Shown: piece after piece, positions 9,667 to 22,759 of the stretch
Numbering within the stretch: position 1 is the first letter of the stretch
Layout: every line of letters starts with the position of its first letter
DNA from: an uncultured Verrucomicrobiae bacterium
GTDB taxonomy: Bacteria; Verrucomicrobiota; Verrucomicrobiia; Chthoniobacterales; Chthoniobacteraceae
NCBI GenBank assembly: GCA_963769025.1
Contig: CAVYKI010000002.1
Coordinates: 32,001-96,000 of the forward strand
Direction: 5' to 3'
DNA length: 64,000 bases
Notes under the pieces: generated by a model
Database searches by the model: none
What the model saw: only the letters and a program-made list of their open reading frames with translations
What the model was told of the DNA's origin: nothing
Program-made: the position numbers and the translations under genes

Positions 9667-11083
9667 TCAGTGGGTCAGCGCGTGCTCATTCGCGATGCGT
9701 TCGCAGTCGGAGCAGGTGCCGTCCACATGCACGACGTCGAACGCTTCCGCGAGCAGGAATGACGCAGCGAGCGAGGCGCGCTTGCCCGAGCCGCAGTGGA
9801 TGTAGAGCCGATGCCCGCACGGCACTTCGCCGAGCCGCGCCTTGAGCCGCGTGTAGGCGATGTTCACCGCGCCCTCGAGATGGCCGACGGCAAACTCCGA
9901 GGCGTTGCGCACGTCGAGCACGAGGCCGCCGTCGAGCGCGGTGCGATTCCACTGCGCGAACTCGATGCGCTCCGTGCGCGCAGTGAATTGCCCTTCGCTC
10001 GCGAGGTCGTCCACCAGCGCCCAGCCGCCGATGCGGTCGAAGCCGATGCGGTAGAGCTGGCGCGCGGCGTCTTCCACCGCGCTCTCCTTCTCGACGACCA
10101 GGAACACGTCGTCCTCCGGCGCGAGATACGAGCCGGAGGAGGTCGAGAAAAACGGCCCCGGCATCGGGGCGTGGAGCGCGCCGGGCAAATGTCCGGCGGC
10201 AAAGGCGGCGCGATCGCGCGCGTGTGTCGAGCACGCGGCCGGTCCACGTGTGCGCGTCGCTCTTCCGCGGCTGCGGCACACCGCCCGTGATGGCAATGCC
10301 ATCGCGGTTCACCTGCTTCATCCGCGCGAAGTAGAGCGGCGGCTCGGGCTGGCCGGAGAGGATGAATTTCACAAACTCCTCCTCGCTGCCGGTGAGCGCG
10401 CGGCGCAGCGCGCCGTTGAACTTCCGCTCGTAGCCGAGCGTGGACGACGGCACCGCGCCGAGCGCCTTGCCGCAGGCCGAGCCGGCACCGTGCGCGGGCA
10501 GGATTTGCAGGTGATCGGAAAGCGCGGCGAATTTTCGCAGGCTCGCGTAGAGCTGTCGCGCGCCGGGCTCCTGCGTGCCGGAGACGCCCGCCGCCTGCTC
10601 CAGCAGATCGGGCCGGCCCACGTCTCCGACGAAGATGAAATCGCCCGTGAACGCCAGCATCGGCTCGTCCGCGCCGCCGCCGATGTCGGTGACGAGATAG
10701 CTCACATGCTCCGGCGTGTGCCCCGGCGTATGCACGGCGGTGAACTCGATCTTGCCGACGCGAAACTTGTCACCATCGCGGAGCACGACGCGCCCCGCGT
10801 GGCCTTTCGCCCACTCGCTCTGCCAATGCGGGCCGCCTTCGCCGGAGACGTAAATTTTCAGCGCCGGATCGGCCGCCGCGAGTTCCTGCGCGCCGCTGAC
10901 GAAGTCGGCGTGAATGTGTGTCTCGGCGACGGCGGTGATGCGCAGTCCTTCCTGCGCGGCGATGGCGCGGTAGCGGTCAATGTCGCGCTCGGGGTCCACG
11001 AGGATGGCCTCGCCGGTACGCTGGCAGCCGACGAGGTAGGCGTATTGCGCGAGGTGCGGATCGAAGATTTGGCGGAGCAGCAT
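9667..11083 (-). CDS. MBL-fold persulfide dioxygenase with two rhodanese domains (Blh/CstB-like); frameshift near 10220-10250
   Basis: MLLRQIFDPHLAQYAY, ETHIHADFVSG, HTPGHTPEH, GDVGRPDL, HGAGSACGK in one frame. GHLPGAL...LDVRNASEFAVGH...HCGSGKRA continues in another frame. Confidence 0.88.
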
Positions 11084-11127
11084 GGGAGTGTGGAGTTGAG
11101 TGTTCGACTTCGTGAAAGGGCGGGAGA

Positions 11128-11712
11128 TCAGGCGCAGCACGAGGGCTTCGCTCCGTTCGCGGGAGAGCTGGCCGCGGACTTCGGCGCGCGATTCCACGGC
11201 GCCTTCGCGATCAGCAATCCCATGCCGCACCAGTCGGTGATGCCTGCAAACATCAGCCCGGCACCGACGAAACCAGCGAGCCAGATGAAGGCTGGGTTCA
11301 CGAACTGCGCGAGCAGAACACCGGTGAACACGATGGCACCCGCGGCAATGCGCACCTGTCGCTCGAGCGACATCACCTTGCGCCCGCGTTTGGCCGGAAG
11401 CCCGGCCTCCGACCAGGCGAGCATACCGCCTTCGAGAATGTGCAGGTTGGTCATGCCCGCCGCCGCGAGTTTCTCCGCCGCCTTCTTCGCGCGGGAGCCG
11501 CTGCGGCAGATGAGCACACATGCGTCCGCGGTCCGTGCTCACGGGCTACTGCGACGGGCTCGACTTCATCGAGCGGCACCAGTCGGGCGCCGTCGATGTG
11601 AAGTTCGCCGAACTCGATTGGCGTGCGGACATCGAGGAGGATCGGGTGATTCCCCGCGCTGGAGCGCCGCGGAAAGCTGCTGGGGAGAGATTGGAGCGGG
11701 AATGGTATTCAT
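11128..11712 (-). CDS. Rhodanese-DUF2892 (YgaP-like) membrane sulfurtransferase; two compensating frameshifts
   Basis: LLDVRTPIEFGELHIDGA in a shifted frame, then ICRSGSRA, LEGGMLAW, SLERQVRIAAG, FAGITDWCGM. Confidence 0.85.
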
Positions 11713-11740
11713 GACTTTGTTGATTGTGTTGAGTGGGCTG

Positions 11741-11756
11741 ATATACTTGAGCATAT
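11741..11756. promoter_or_regulatory. Putative ArsR-family operator in the divergent promoter
   Basis: ATATACTTGAGCATAT is a 12/16 imperfect palindrome in the AT-rich 58-bp gap between the rhodanese gene and the ArsR gene. Confidence 0.55.
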
Positions 11757-11770
11757 ACGCAGTTACGAAT

Positions 11771-12121
11771 ATGGCAACAAAGAAACGCGCGAACCCAAAC
11801 AAACTCGACCGGGCAGCACTCGAACGGCTGGCGGAAATCTTCCGCGCCTTCGGCGACGCCACCCGCCTCGCGCTCCTGCAGGAATTGAAGAACGGCCCGA
11901 AGAACGTGGGCGAACTCCTGACCGCCACCGGGACCACGCAGGCGAATGTTTCCCGCCAGCTCAAACTCCTGCACGCCGCCGGCCTGCTGCACCGCACGGA
12001 GGACGGGCCTTACGTGCTCTACAGCATCGCGGACGACGTGGTGATGGAGATGTGCAATGCAGCCTGCCGGAAACTGAGCCGCGCCGTCGCTCACCATGGC
12101 ATACCGGAGTTTTTCAGTTGA
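11771..12121 (+). CDS. ArsR/SmtB-family repressor
   Basis: FRAFGDATRLALL...KNVGEL...TQANVSRQLKLL...GLL...YSIAD, with a C-terminal CNAAC. Confidence 0.9.
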   Translation: MATKKRANPNKLDRAALERLAEIFRAFGDATRLALLQELKNGPKNVGELLTATGTTQANVSRQLKLLHAAGLLHRTEDGPYVLYSIADDVVMEMCNAACRKLSRAVAHHGIPEFFS

Positions 12122-12141
12122 CCGGCGCTCGGCAGCCATAT

Positions 12142-12263
12142 CCCGAGCGACTACCCGATTTGCGCAGTTCCTCATCGAGCAAGGCATCGCCAACCTCTCG
12201 CCCAATCCCGATACTGTGCTCGATATGAGGCTGCCCATCGTGACCGCCGAAGCTGTAAAATGA
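12142..12263 (+). pseudogene. Decayed copy of the ppsA 3' end
   Basis: Translates PSDYP(fs)FAQFLIEQGIANLSPNPDTVLDMRLPIVTAEAVK*, compared with ppsA PSDYPEFAQFLVEQGIDSISLNPDTVLKTTLAILETEA (8728-8859). Confidence 0.85.
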
Positions 12264-12266
12264 CTC

Positions 12267-14981
<2,715 letters not shown>

Positions 14982-14984
14982 ATC

Positions 14985-15984
14985 ATGATCACGACCTCCG
15001 TCTTCGACACCAAACCCTACGACCGTGAAAACCTCGCGCAGACAGCCGGCGCGGAGCGCATCACGTGGCGATTCCACGAATTCCGGCTGAGCGCCGAGAC
15101 CGCTCCGGCGGCCAAGGGAGCGCAGGCGGTGTGCATCTTCGTGAATGATCAGCCGGATCGTGCGTGCCTGGAGATTCTCGCTTCCCTCGGGGTGAAGCTT
15201 CTCGCGCTGCGCTGCGCGGGATTCAATAACGTGGACCTCGCCGCCGCGAAGTCCGCTCGGCATCGCGGTCACCCGAGTGCCGGCCTACTCGCCGCATGCC
15301 GTCGCCGAGCACGCCGTGGCGCTGCTGCTTACGCTGAATCGAAAAATCCACCGCGCATCGAACCGCGTGCGCGAGTTGAATTTCTCGCTCAGCGGCCTCG
15401 TCGGCTTCGACCTTCATGGCAAGACCGTCGGCATCGTCGGCACGGGCAAAATCGGACAGATCGCCGCGCAGATCTTTCGCGGCTTCGGCACCGAGGTGCT
15501 CGCCCACGATCCCTTCCCTGCGGTGGACTGGGCGGCCGAACACGCTGTCCGCTACGTGGATCTCGATACGCTGCTGGCGACGAGCGACATCATTTCGCTG
15601 CACGCGCCGCTGACCCCGGAAACGCTCCGCCTGCTCAACGAGAAGACGATTGCGCAGATGAAGCCCGGCGTCTTCATCGTCAATACCAGTCGTGGCAAAC
15701 TGATCGACACCAGCCCGCTCATCGCCGCGCTGAAGTCCGGCCATGTCGGCGGTGTCGCGCTCGATGTGTACGAGGAGGAGGAAGGCATCTTCTTCGAAGA
15801 CCTCTCCGGCCAGGTGCTGGCCGATGACGAACTTGCGCGCCTGCTCACCTTCCCAAACGTCCTCATCACCGCGCATCAGGCATTCCTAACGCGCGAGGCG
15901 CTTGGCGAGATCGCGCGCGTGACTGCGGCGAACATCCTCGCGTTCGAAAAAGCCGAGCCATTCCTGGAGGGAACCACGCTATGA
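14985..15984 (+). CDS. ldhA: D-lactate dehydrogenase / 2-hydroxyacid dehydrogenase; frameshift near 15255
   Basis: CIFVND, LRCAGFNNVDL, then VPAYSPHAVAEH, GTGKIG, NTSRG, LDVYEEE, TAHQAFLT. Confidence 0.88.
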
Positions 15985-16076
15985 AGCCACGCCGGGTCAC
16001 GGTCGCTCTTGCGTCAAACGCGCAAGGAGATGCTGTCGGACTTTGACCCCCAATCAGCCTTCGCCGACCATTCCGC

Positions 16077-16361
16077 GTGCATTTCAAACGCTACTTTGTC
16101 GAAGGCCTCGCCCAGGCGTCCTATCTCATCGGTGACGGCGGGGAGGCTGCCGTCATCGATCCCAAGCGCCTCGCCGAGATCCCGCACGACCGCGCACTGG
16201 CCGTGATGTGCGGCAGCGGCTACCGCAGTTCGATCGCGGCGAGTCTGCTGCAGGCGCGAGGTTTTGCGCAGGTGGAAAATGTGATGGGCGGCATGGCCGC
16301 ATACCTCGAAGCAGATTGTCCGGAGTGGCATCCCGCCGACCTGGTCTTCGGCGCGGAATGA
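16077..16361 (+). pseudogene. Internally deleted MBL-fold/rhodanese gene remnant
   Basis: MBL N-terminus (FVEGLAQASYLIGDGGEAAVIDPKR) is fused in frame to a rhodanese C-terminus (LAEIP...MCGSGYRSSIAASLL...NVMGGM). No HxHxD motif. Confidence 0.7.
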
Positions 16362-16454
16362 GGCGGCAAGCCTCGATCGCACCACTGCCGCCGCGCCGGA
16401 ACGCCAATGAGCTCTTGATGCATCCGATCCGTCGCACGCTTTCCATTCGCTAAA

Positions 16455-17457
16455 ATGGCTCGAATCAAAATCGCAGTGCTCGGCGCAGGCAACATGGGGT
16501 CCGCGATGGCTCACGCGCTCGCTGGAAACGGACACGCCGTGGCGCTCTGGGATTTCTTTCCCGAAGTCGTCCGAAGCATCCGCCGCCACGGCGAGAATCG
16601 GCGCTTCCTCCCCGGCATCCGCCTGCACGCCGGGGTCCGAGCCATTGCCGACGCCACAGAGTGTGTCGCTGGCGCAGCGCTCGTTGTGATCAGCGTGCCG
16701 TCGGCTTTCGTTTCCGCGACGCTGGCCCCGGTCGTGCCCGCGCTGGAGAAAGGCGCGGTCCTGCTGAATCTCGCGAAAGGTTTCGCACCACGGACGCGGG
16801 AACCATTGCCATTCGTCATGGGCCGTATGGCACCGGGGCATCCGTGCGTGCATCTGGCCGGACCGGCGATCGCCAATGAAATCGCACGCGGCCTGCCTGC
16901 ATCCATCGTCTTGGCGGCCGGAAGATGAGCGGGTCGCCAGACGCGTCGCCGGTTGGCTCGTCGGCCCTGCATTCATCGCCACTACCTCGACGGACGTGCC
17001 CGGCGCGGTGCTCGGAGGCATCCTCAAAAATGTCTATGCCATCCTCCTCGGCGCCCTCGAAACGCTGAGCGGCGGTTCACGCAATCTCGAAGCCGCGGCG
17101 CTCAGCGCCAGCGTGCATGAGATGGCCGCCATCGCGGGCGCGCACGGTGGAAAAGCGGCCACGCTATTCGGATTGGCGGGGCTGGGGAATTTGGTCGCGA
17201 CGGGATTCTCCCGCGACAGCCACAACCGTAAGTTCGGCCAGTTGCTCGCTTCAGGGAAAGCCCGGACGGAGATTGAAAAGGAGATGCGCTGGCTTCCGGA
17301 GGGCGTGCGTGCTGCGAGCGCTGCCTGTGCTCTCGCCCGCTCCGGAAAGGTGCGCGCGCCCGTGGCAGGATTGGTTCACCGTTGGATCGCGGGCAGCACT
17401 CCTTCGCTTGATGGCATTGTCCGCGTTATGCAAAGCGCACGGGTGAAGGTCTCCTGA
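16455..17457 (+). CDS. gpsA: NAD(P)H-dependent glycerol-3-phosphate dehydrogenase; frameshift near 16920
   Basis: IAVLGAGNMGSA, ENRRFLPG, LAKG, LAGPAIANE, then LKNVYAI, GLAGLGNLVAT, SHNRKFG, EGV. Confidence 0.85.
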
Positions 17458-17460
17458 GTG

Positions 17461-19051
17461 ATGTCTTCCGCCGATTTGATTTTCGCAGCAGGGCCGATTC
17501 TGCTGCTCGTCTTCTTGATGACGAAGAAGAGGCCGATGCCCTCCGCGCGCGCACTGCCGCTCGCGGCGCTCGTGGCCTACGTGGCGCGGCTCGCGTGGTT
17601 CGGTACGGATGCCACGCTCGTGAACGCCTCGGTGCTGGCGGGATTGCTGGTCGCGCTGACTCCGATCCTCATCGTATGGGGCGCGATCTTTTTCTTCCGC
17701 ACGATGGAGCACTGCGGGGCGATGGAAACGATCCGCCGTTGGCTCAATCACCTCTCCCGCAATCGCGTCGCGCAGGTCGTCATCATCGGCTGGTCGTTTC
17801 AGTTTCTCATCGAAGGCGCGAGCGGCTTCGGCACACCCGCTGCGCTCGCCGGGCCGTTGCTGGTGGGCCTCGGCTTTCCGCCGCTGCGGGTGGCGATGTC
17901 CTGCCTCATTCTGAACAGCGTCCCCGTCTCATTCGGAGCGGTCGGCACGCCGACGTGGTTTGGATTCGGGCAGCTCGGATTGAGCGCGGAGGAATTTCGC
18001 GCCGTGGCATGGAAGACCGCGCTCATCCACTGCGCCGCCGCATGCGTCATCCCGCTGCTGGCGTTCCGTCTTTTGCTGAGTTGGCAGGAAATCCGGCGCA
18101 ATCTCGCGTTCATCTACCTCGCGCTCGCGGCGAGCATGGTGCCGATGTTCCTGCTCGCGCTGGTGGACGATGAATTCCCCACCGTCGCCGGCGGCTTGAT
18201 CGGACTGCTCGCCGCCGTGTGGCTCGCGCGTCATCGCATCGGCCTCGCCGATGAAAAGGATGCCGCCGTGGAAACGACCGCAGCGCCCTCCACTCGCGAG
18301 ATCGTGAAGGCGCTCTTTCCGATTTGGGGCACCGTGCTCGTGCTGCTCGCCACGCGGATTCCCTCGCTCGGTCTGCGCGGACTGCTCACCGCCGCCGCGC
18401 CCGCGTGGGAATTTGGACTCGGCAGCCTCGGCACTTTTTCCATCAGCCCCGCGCTTGGTGCTGAGCCTGCGCGGGATTTTCGGCACGGACACCGACTGGA
18501 CGCACCAGCTTCTCTACGTCCCGTCGTTCATCCCCTTCGTCCTGATCTCGCTCATCTCGTGGCGACTGCTCGCCGCACCGCCCGGCACTCCGGGAAAGGT
18601 GTGGCGCGAATCCGCCGAGCGAATGCGCAATCCGATCTTTGCGCTCCTTGGCGCATTGGTTTTTGTGCGCCTGATGATGGTCGGTGGCGACAAGTCCTCC
18701 GCCATGCTCATCGGACACTCGCTGGCTTCGGTCACCGGCGGCTGGTGGCAATACCTCGCCTCCTACCTCGGCGCGCTCGGCTCGTTCTTCGCCGGGTCGT
18801 GCACCATCTCGAATCTCACCTTCGGCCCGATTCAGGACTCCATTGCCACGCGGATGGGCTTCGATCGCACGACCATCCTCGCCCTGCAATCCGTCGGCGG
18901 CGCGATGGGCAACATGGTCGCCATCCACAATATCGTCGCCGTGTGTTCCGTGCTCGGCCTGGGCAACGCGGAGGGCGCGATCCTCAAAAAGACGATCGGT
19001 CCGATGCTGCTCTACGGTGTTATCGCCGCCGTCATCGCCGGGTTGATCTGA
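17461..19051 (+). CDS. lctP: L-lactate permease (LctP family); frameshift near 18455
   Basis: LIEGASGFGTP, PVSFGAVGTP, GSFFAGSCTISNLTFG, QSVGGAMGNMVAIHNI. Confidence 0.88.
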
Positions 19052-19130
19052 ACATCATGAAATGGAGCAACTGGCTCGTGCTTGGAAGGAATCATGGCAA
19101 AGCCACAGCGATCCTGCCAAAGTTCAGACC

Positions 19131-19490
19131 ATGAAACTCACGCCCTTCATCCTCCCCGCACTTTCCGCCGGCCTTCTGCTTTCCTCCTGCGAAAAGCCGG
19201 CGCCTGGGCCGGACGCGCAGAAGGTTGACTCAAAGCCCGAGAAAAGCACGCCAGCCGCGTCCGCTGCTGTGGAGTCCCCGGCGATCGATGCCGACAAGCT
19301 GCTGCAGGGCTTCAGTTCCGCGGGGCCGGAGGAGAAAAGCCGCGTCGGAAAGGCCGCGCAGGCGATTCGCGCGGAAAGCTACTCCGCCGCCCGGGAGATC
19401 CTGGAACACCTGCTCAAAGAAGGCCACCTGACTCCCGAGCAGAAGGAACTGGTGACCGGATTTGTCGCTCAGCTTCCGAAGGCGAAGTAG
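19131..19490 (+). CDS. Hypothetical lipoprotein
   Basis: MKLTPFILPALSAGLLLSSC lipobox. Confidence 0.65.
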   Translation: MKLTPFILPALSAGLLLSSCEKPAPGPDAQKVDSKPEKSTPAASAAVESPAIDADKLLQGFSSAGPEEKSRVGKAAQAIRAESYSAAREILEHLLKEGHLTPEQKELVTGFVAQLPKAK

Positions 19491-19589
19491 CACAGGAGTG
19501 CCAATGGAGCCAATTGCTCCAGCGCTCGCCATTCTTCTCCGCACTGAAACGTTCGTATTCCGCGCGCCACTGCGCCGTCATTCATTTCC

Positions 19590-21257
19590 ATGAAAGCATC
19601 ATCCCAGAAAACTATCATCATCGTCGGTGGCGTCGCGGGCGGCGCTTCTTGTGCAACGCGTCTGCGCCGCATGGATGAAAATGCGGAGATCATCGTCCTT
19701 GAACGCGGGCCGTTTGCTTCGTTCGCGAATTGCGGGCTGCCATATTTCGTTGGTGGCGTCATCGAGCAGGAGGACGATCTGCTCGTCGCCAAAGGCCCCC
19801 TTTTCAAAGACCGTTTTGCCATCGACCTGCGCACAGGACACGAGGCCGTGGCGATTGATCGCGAAGCGCGGGTGGTGGAGGTGCGCGATCTCGCTTCGGG
19901 GAAAAGTTACCGCCAGCACTACGATGCGCTGGTCCTTGCGCCTGGTGCAGCGCCGCTCCGTCCGCCGTTGCCGGGCATTGATCTGCCGGGCATCTTCACG
20001 GTGCGCAGCATCCCGGACAGCCGGCACATCAAGGAATGGATCCGGCACCACGTTGCGAAGTCCGCAGTGATCGTCGGCGGGGGATTCATCGGACTGGAGA
20101 TGGCGGAAAATCTCAGGCACCTCGGGCTCGATGTGACTGTGATCGAGATGCTCCCCCAGGTCATGCCGCCGATGGATGCGGAGATGGTCGCTCCGGTGCA
20201 TGCGCATCTCGCCGCGCATGGAGTGAAGCTTGTGCTGGGCGCGACCGTCGCGGGATTTGCTGCAAACGATGCCCGCATCGATGTGCAGACGAAGGAAGGC
20301 GCGACGCACCCCGCCGATGTCGTCATTCTCGCCATCGGCGTCCGTCCGGAGACGGCGCTCGCCAAAGCCGCCGGACTCGCCCTCGGCGAACGCGGCGGCA
20401 TCCGCGTGGACGAACAGATGCAGACTGGCGACCCGCACATCTGGGCGGTCGGCGATGCGGTGGAAGTGCGCGACCGCATCACGGGCGCGTGGACGCTGCT
20501 CGCGCTCGCCGGTCCCGCAAATCGCCAGGGACGCATCGCCGCCGATGCCATTTGCGGACGGCCTGCGGCATTTCACGGCACGCAAGGCACGGCGATTTGC
20601 GGCTTCTTCGGCCTCGCCGTCGCCTCCACAGGCGCGAGCGAAAAGGTGCTGCAACGCGCGGGCATCACGGACTACGAGAAGATCTACCTGCACGCCGGGC
20701 ACCACGCCGGCTACTATCCCGGCGCGGAGAAAATTCATCTGAAGCTGATTTTCCGCACTACGGATGGCCGCGTCCTCGGCGCACAGGTCGTCGGCAAGGC
20801 GGGCGTGGACAAGCGCATCGATGTCCTCGCGATGGCGATCCAGAAAGGCGCGACCGTTTACGATCTCGAAGAAGCGGAACTGTGCTACGCGCCGCAGTTC
20901 GGCACCGCCAAGGACCCGATCAACTTTGCGGGAATGATCGCCTCCAATCATCTGCGCGGCGATGACCCGGTCCTGCACTGGCAAAGCTCGCGGCTCGCGA
21001 CCTTCGAGCTGCTCGATGTGCGTGACCCGGACGAATTCGCCGACGGCCATGCGCCGGGTGCGCGCAATCTCCCGCTCAATACGCTGCGAGACTCACTCGG
21101 CGAGTTGTCCAAGGAGCGACTGCTCGCAGTTTACTGCGCGGTGGGCGCGCGCGCGCACAATGCCGTGCGCCTCCTTCGCCAACACGGCTTCAACGCCGTG
21201 AACCTCTCCGGCGGCTACACCACCTTTCGTCACGTCACCGCCGAAACCCCGGGATGA
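19590..21257 (+). CDS. CoA-disulfide/persulfide reductase with C-terminal rhodanese (CoADR-RHD/Npsr-like)
   Basis: GGVAGG, SFANCGLPY, GGGFIG, YAPQF, LDVRDPDEF...YCAVGARA. Confidence 0.92.
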   Translation: MKASSQKTIIIVGGVAGGASCATRLRRMDENAEIIVLERGPFASFANCGLPYFVGGVIEQEDDLLVAKGPLFKDRFAIDLRTGHEAVAIDREARVVEVRDLASGKSYRQHYDALVLAPGAAPLRPPLPGIDLPGIFTVRSIPDSRHIKEWIRHHVAKSAVIVGGGFIGLEMAENLRHLGLDVTVIEMLPQVMPPMDAEMVAPVHAHLAAHGVKLVLGATVAGFAANDARIDVQTKEGATHPADVVILAIGVRPETALAKAAGLALGERGGIRVDEQMQTGDPHIWAVGDAVEVRDRITGAWTLLALAGPANRQGRIAADAICGRPAAFHGTQGTAICGFFGLAVASTGASEKVLQRAGITDYEKIYLHAGHHAGYYPGAEKIHLKLIFRTTDGRVLGAQVVGKAGVDKRIDVLAMAIQKGATVYDLEEAELCYAPQFGTAKDPINFAGMIASNHLRGDDPVLHWQSSRLATFELLDVRDPDEFADGHAPGARNLPLNTLRDSLGELSKERLLAVYCAVGARAHNAVRLLRQHGFNAVNLSGGYTTFRHVTAETPG

Positions 21258-21793
21258 AAGCCGCTGCCAGGCTCAGCTTCGCCGTGGTGGGCTGTGCCGG
21301 CCTCGCGGGCTTCGTGCTGTGGTGGCTCGCAGATCACCGGCGCGGCATCGCATGGGCAGTTTCCGTCGTGCGCGCCCGCTTTCCCGACGTGTCTCATCTG
21401 TCCCCGTCATCGCTCGACGCCTGGCTGCACGGAGCGCAACGCTCCGCACCGCAGGTCGTGGACGCGCGTTCGGAGGAGGAATTCGAGACGAGCCATCTGC
21501 CCGGTGCCCGGCGCATGGATCCCGAATCCACCGCGTCAACCGCCCTGGCCTCACTCGATGCAGAGCGTCCTGTGGTCATCTACTGCTCCGCGGGTCATCG
21601 CGCCGCGACTCTCGCCCGTCGCCTGCAGGGTGCCGGTCGCCATGACGTATGGAATCTGGAAGGTGGCATTTTCGCCTGGGCGAACTCGTCCCTTCCTCTC
21701 GAAAGCGCCGGACAACCCGTGCATCGCGTGCATTTTTACATCCGCATTTTTTCCCGGCTGTTGAAGCCACAAAAACGTCATTCCTCACCATGA
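21254..21793 (+). CDS. Membrane-anchored rhodanese-domain protein
   Basis: N-terminal TM segment, VDARSEEEFETSHLPGA, YCSAGHRA, NLEGGIFAW. Confidence 0.85.
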   Translation: MKAAARLSFAVVGCAGLAGFVLWWLADHRRGIAWAVSVVRARFPDVSHLSPSSLDAWLHGAQRSAPQVVDARSEEEFETSHLPGARRMDPESTASTALASLDAERPVVIYCSAGHRAATLARRLQGAGRHDVWNLEGGIFAWANSSLPLESAGQPVHRVHFYIRIFSRLLKPQKRHSSP

Positions 21794-22077
21794 TGAAAGG
21801 GATTCCGGCGGCATAAGGCATCGCGGCAAAGCCGGGGGCGCGGATGTGTTGTCAGTGAGAGTGATCGCTTTTCGGCTCGGGGAACTGGGACGCGTGCAGC
21901 CTGCGATTAACCTTCGAATTCAATGTCGAACACCACAGCGCGAACTGGGCCAGCGACTCGAAGCCCTCGTGCAATCCTGGCGCGCCGCCGCCCGCCGCCG
22001 GTGAAGCTGCGCGATGGCATCGCGCGGCTGTTTTTCCGTGCTTGTGAAATGAAGCACGCCAGATTCACCCGCTGCCG

Positions 22078-22740
22078 ATGAGTGATCCCGAACATTCGCC
22101 CCTGCCTGCCGACTCCGACACGCCCGCGCCGCCTGCGCTTTTGTCGTCTGATCTCTCGGCTTTGCGGGCTCGTTCCGCCGGAAAGCCGCTCACCGTGGAC
22201 GAGCTGGAGAAGGCGCTCAAGGGCCGCGGATTCGCGATGCTCCTGCTGTTGCTCGCGCTGCCGTTTTGCATCATTCCCGTGCCGGGCCTCTCCACGCCAT
22301 TTGGCATCGCGGTCTTCCTCATCGGCATCCGGCTCGCCGCCGGACGGAAACCGTGGCTGCCGGCATTTGTGCTGCGAAGGAGCATCCCTCCCGCGGCGCT
22401 GGCCAGGATTCTCGACGGCGGCATCCGCTTCGCGCTCACGATGGAAAAATGCGTCAGGCCGCGGATGCATTTCCTCCAGCGCTGGCCGGGCATGATGAAC
22501 TTGATCGGCCTCGGCATCACCTCAGGCGGGCTCCTGCTCCTGCTGCCGCTGCCGATTCCTTTCACCAACACAATCCCGGCGTGGGCCGTGGTGTTCCTGA
22601 CTGCCGGCATGATGGAGCGCGACGGCCTGCTCGTCTTGCTCGGCCACGTGATGACGCTCGTCTCCTGGGCGTACTTCGGCCTGTGCTGGCTGCTCGGCGT
22701 CAAAGGCTTTGACAAGCTGCTCGACGCTCTCCGGGGTTGA
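22078..22740 (+). CDS. exoD: ExoD family membrane protein
   Basis: RGFAMLLLLLALPFCIIPVPG, KPWLP, PIPFTNTIPA, ERDGLL. Confidence 0.85.
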   Translation: MSDPEHSPLPADSDTPAPPALLSSDLSALRARSAGKPLTVDELEKALKGRGFAMLLLLLALPFCIIPVPGLSTPFGIAVFLIGIRLAAGRKPWLPAFVLRRSIPPAALARILDGGIRFALTMEKCVRPRMHFLQRWPGMMNLIGLGITSGGLLLLLPLPIPFTNTIPAWAVVFLTAGMMERDGLLVLLGHVMTLVSWAYFGLCWLLGVKGFDKLLDALRG

Positions 22741-22759
22741 ATATCCACGCGCACCCGCT

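Noticed and set aside
11530..11650. Two TGAs in the start-codon frame of the rhodanese-DUF2892 gene
   Set aside because: The true rhodanese sequence (LLDVRTPIEF) is in a shifted frame between two compensating indels, so these are not Sec codons.
14985..19051. Programmed frameshifting in ldhA, gpsA and lctP
   Set aside because: No slippery heptamers are evident, and similar single-base indels occur across the window, consistent with sequencing error.
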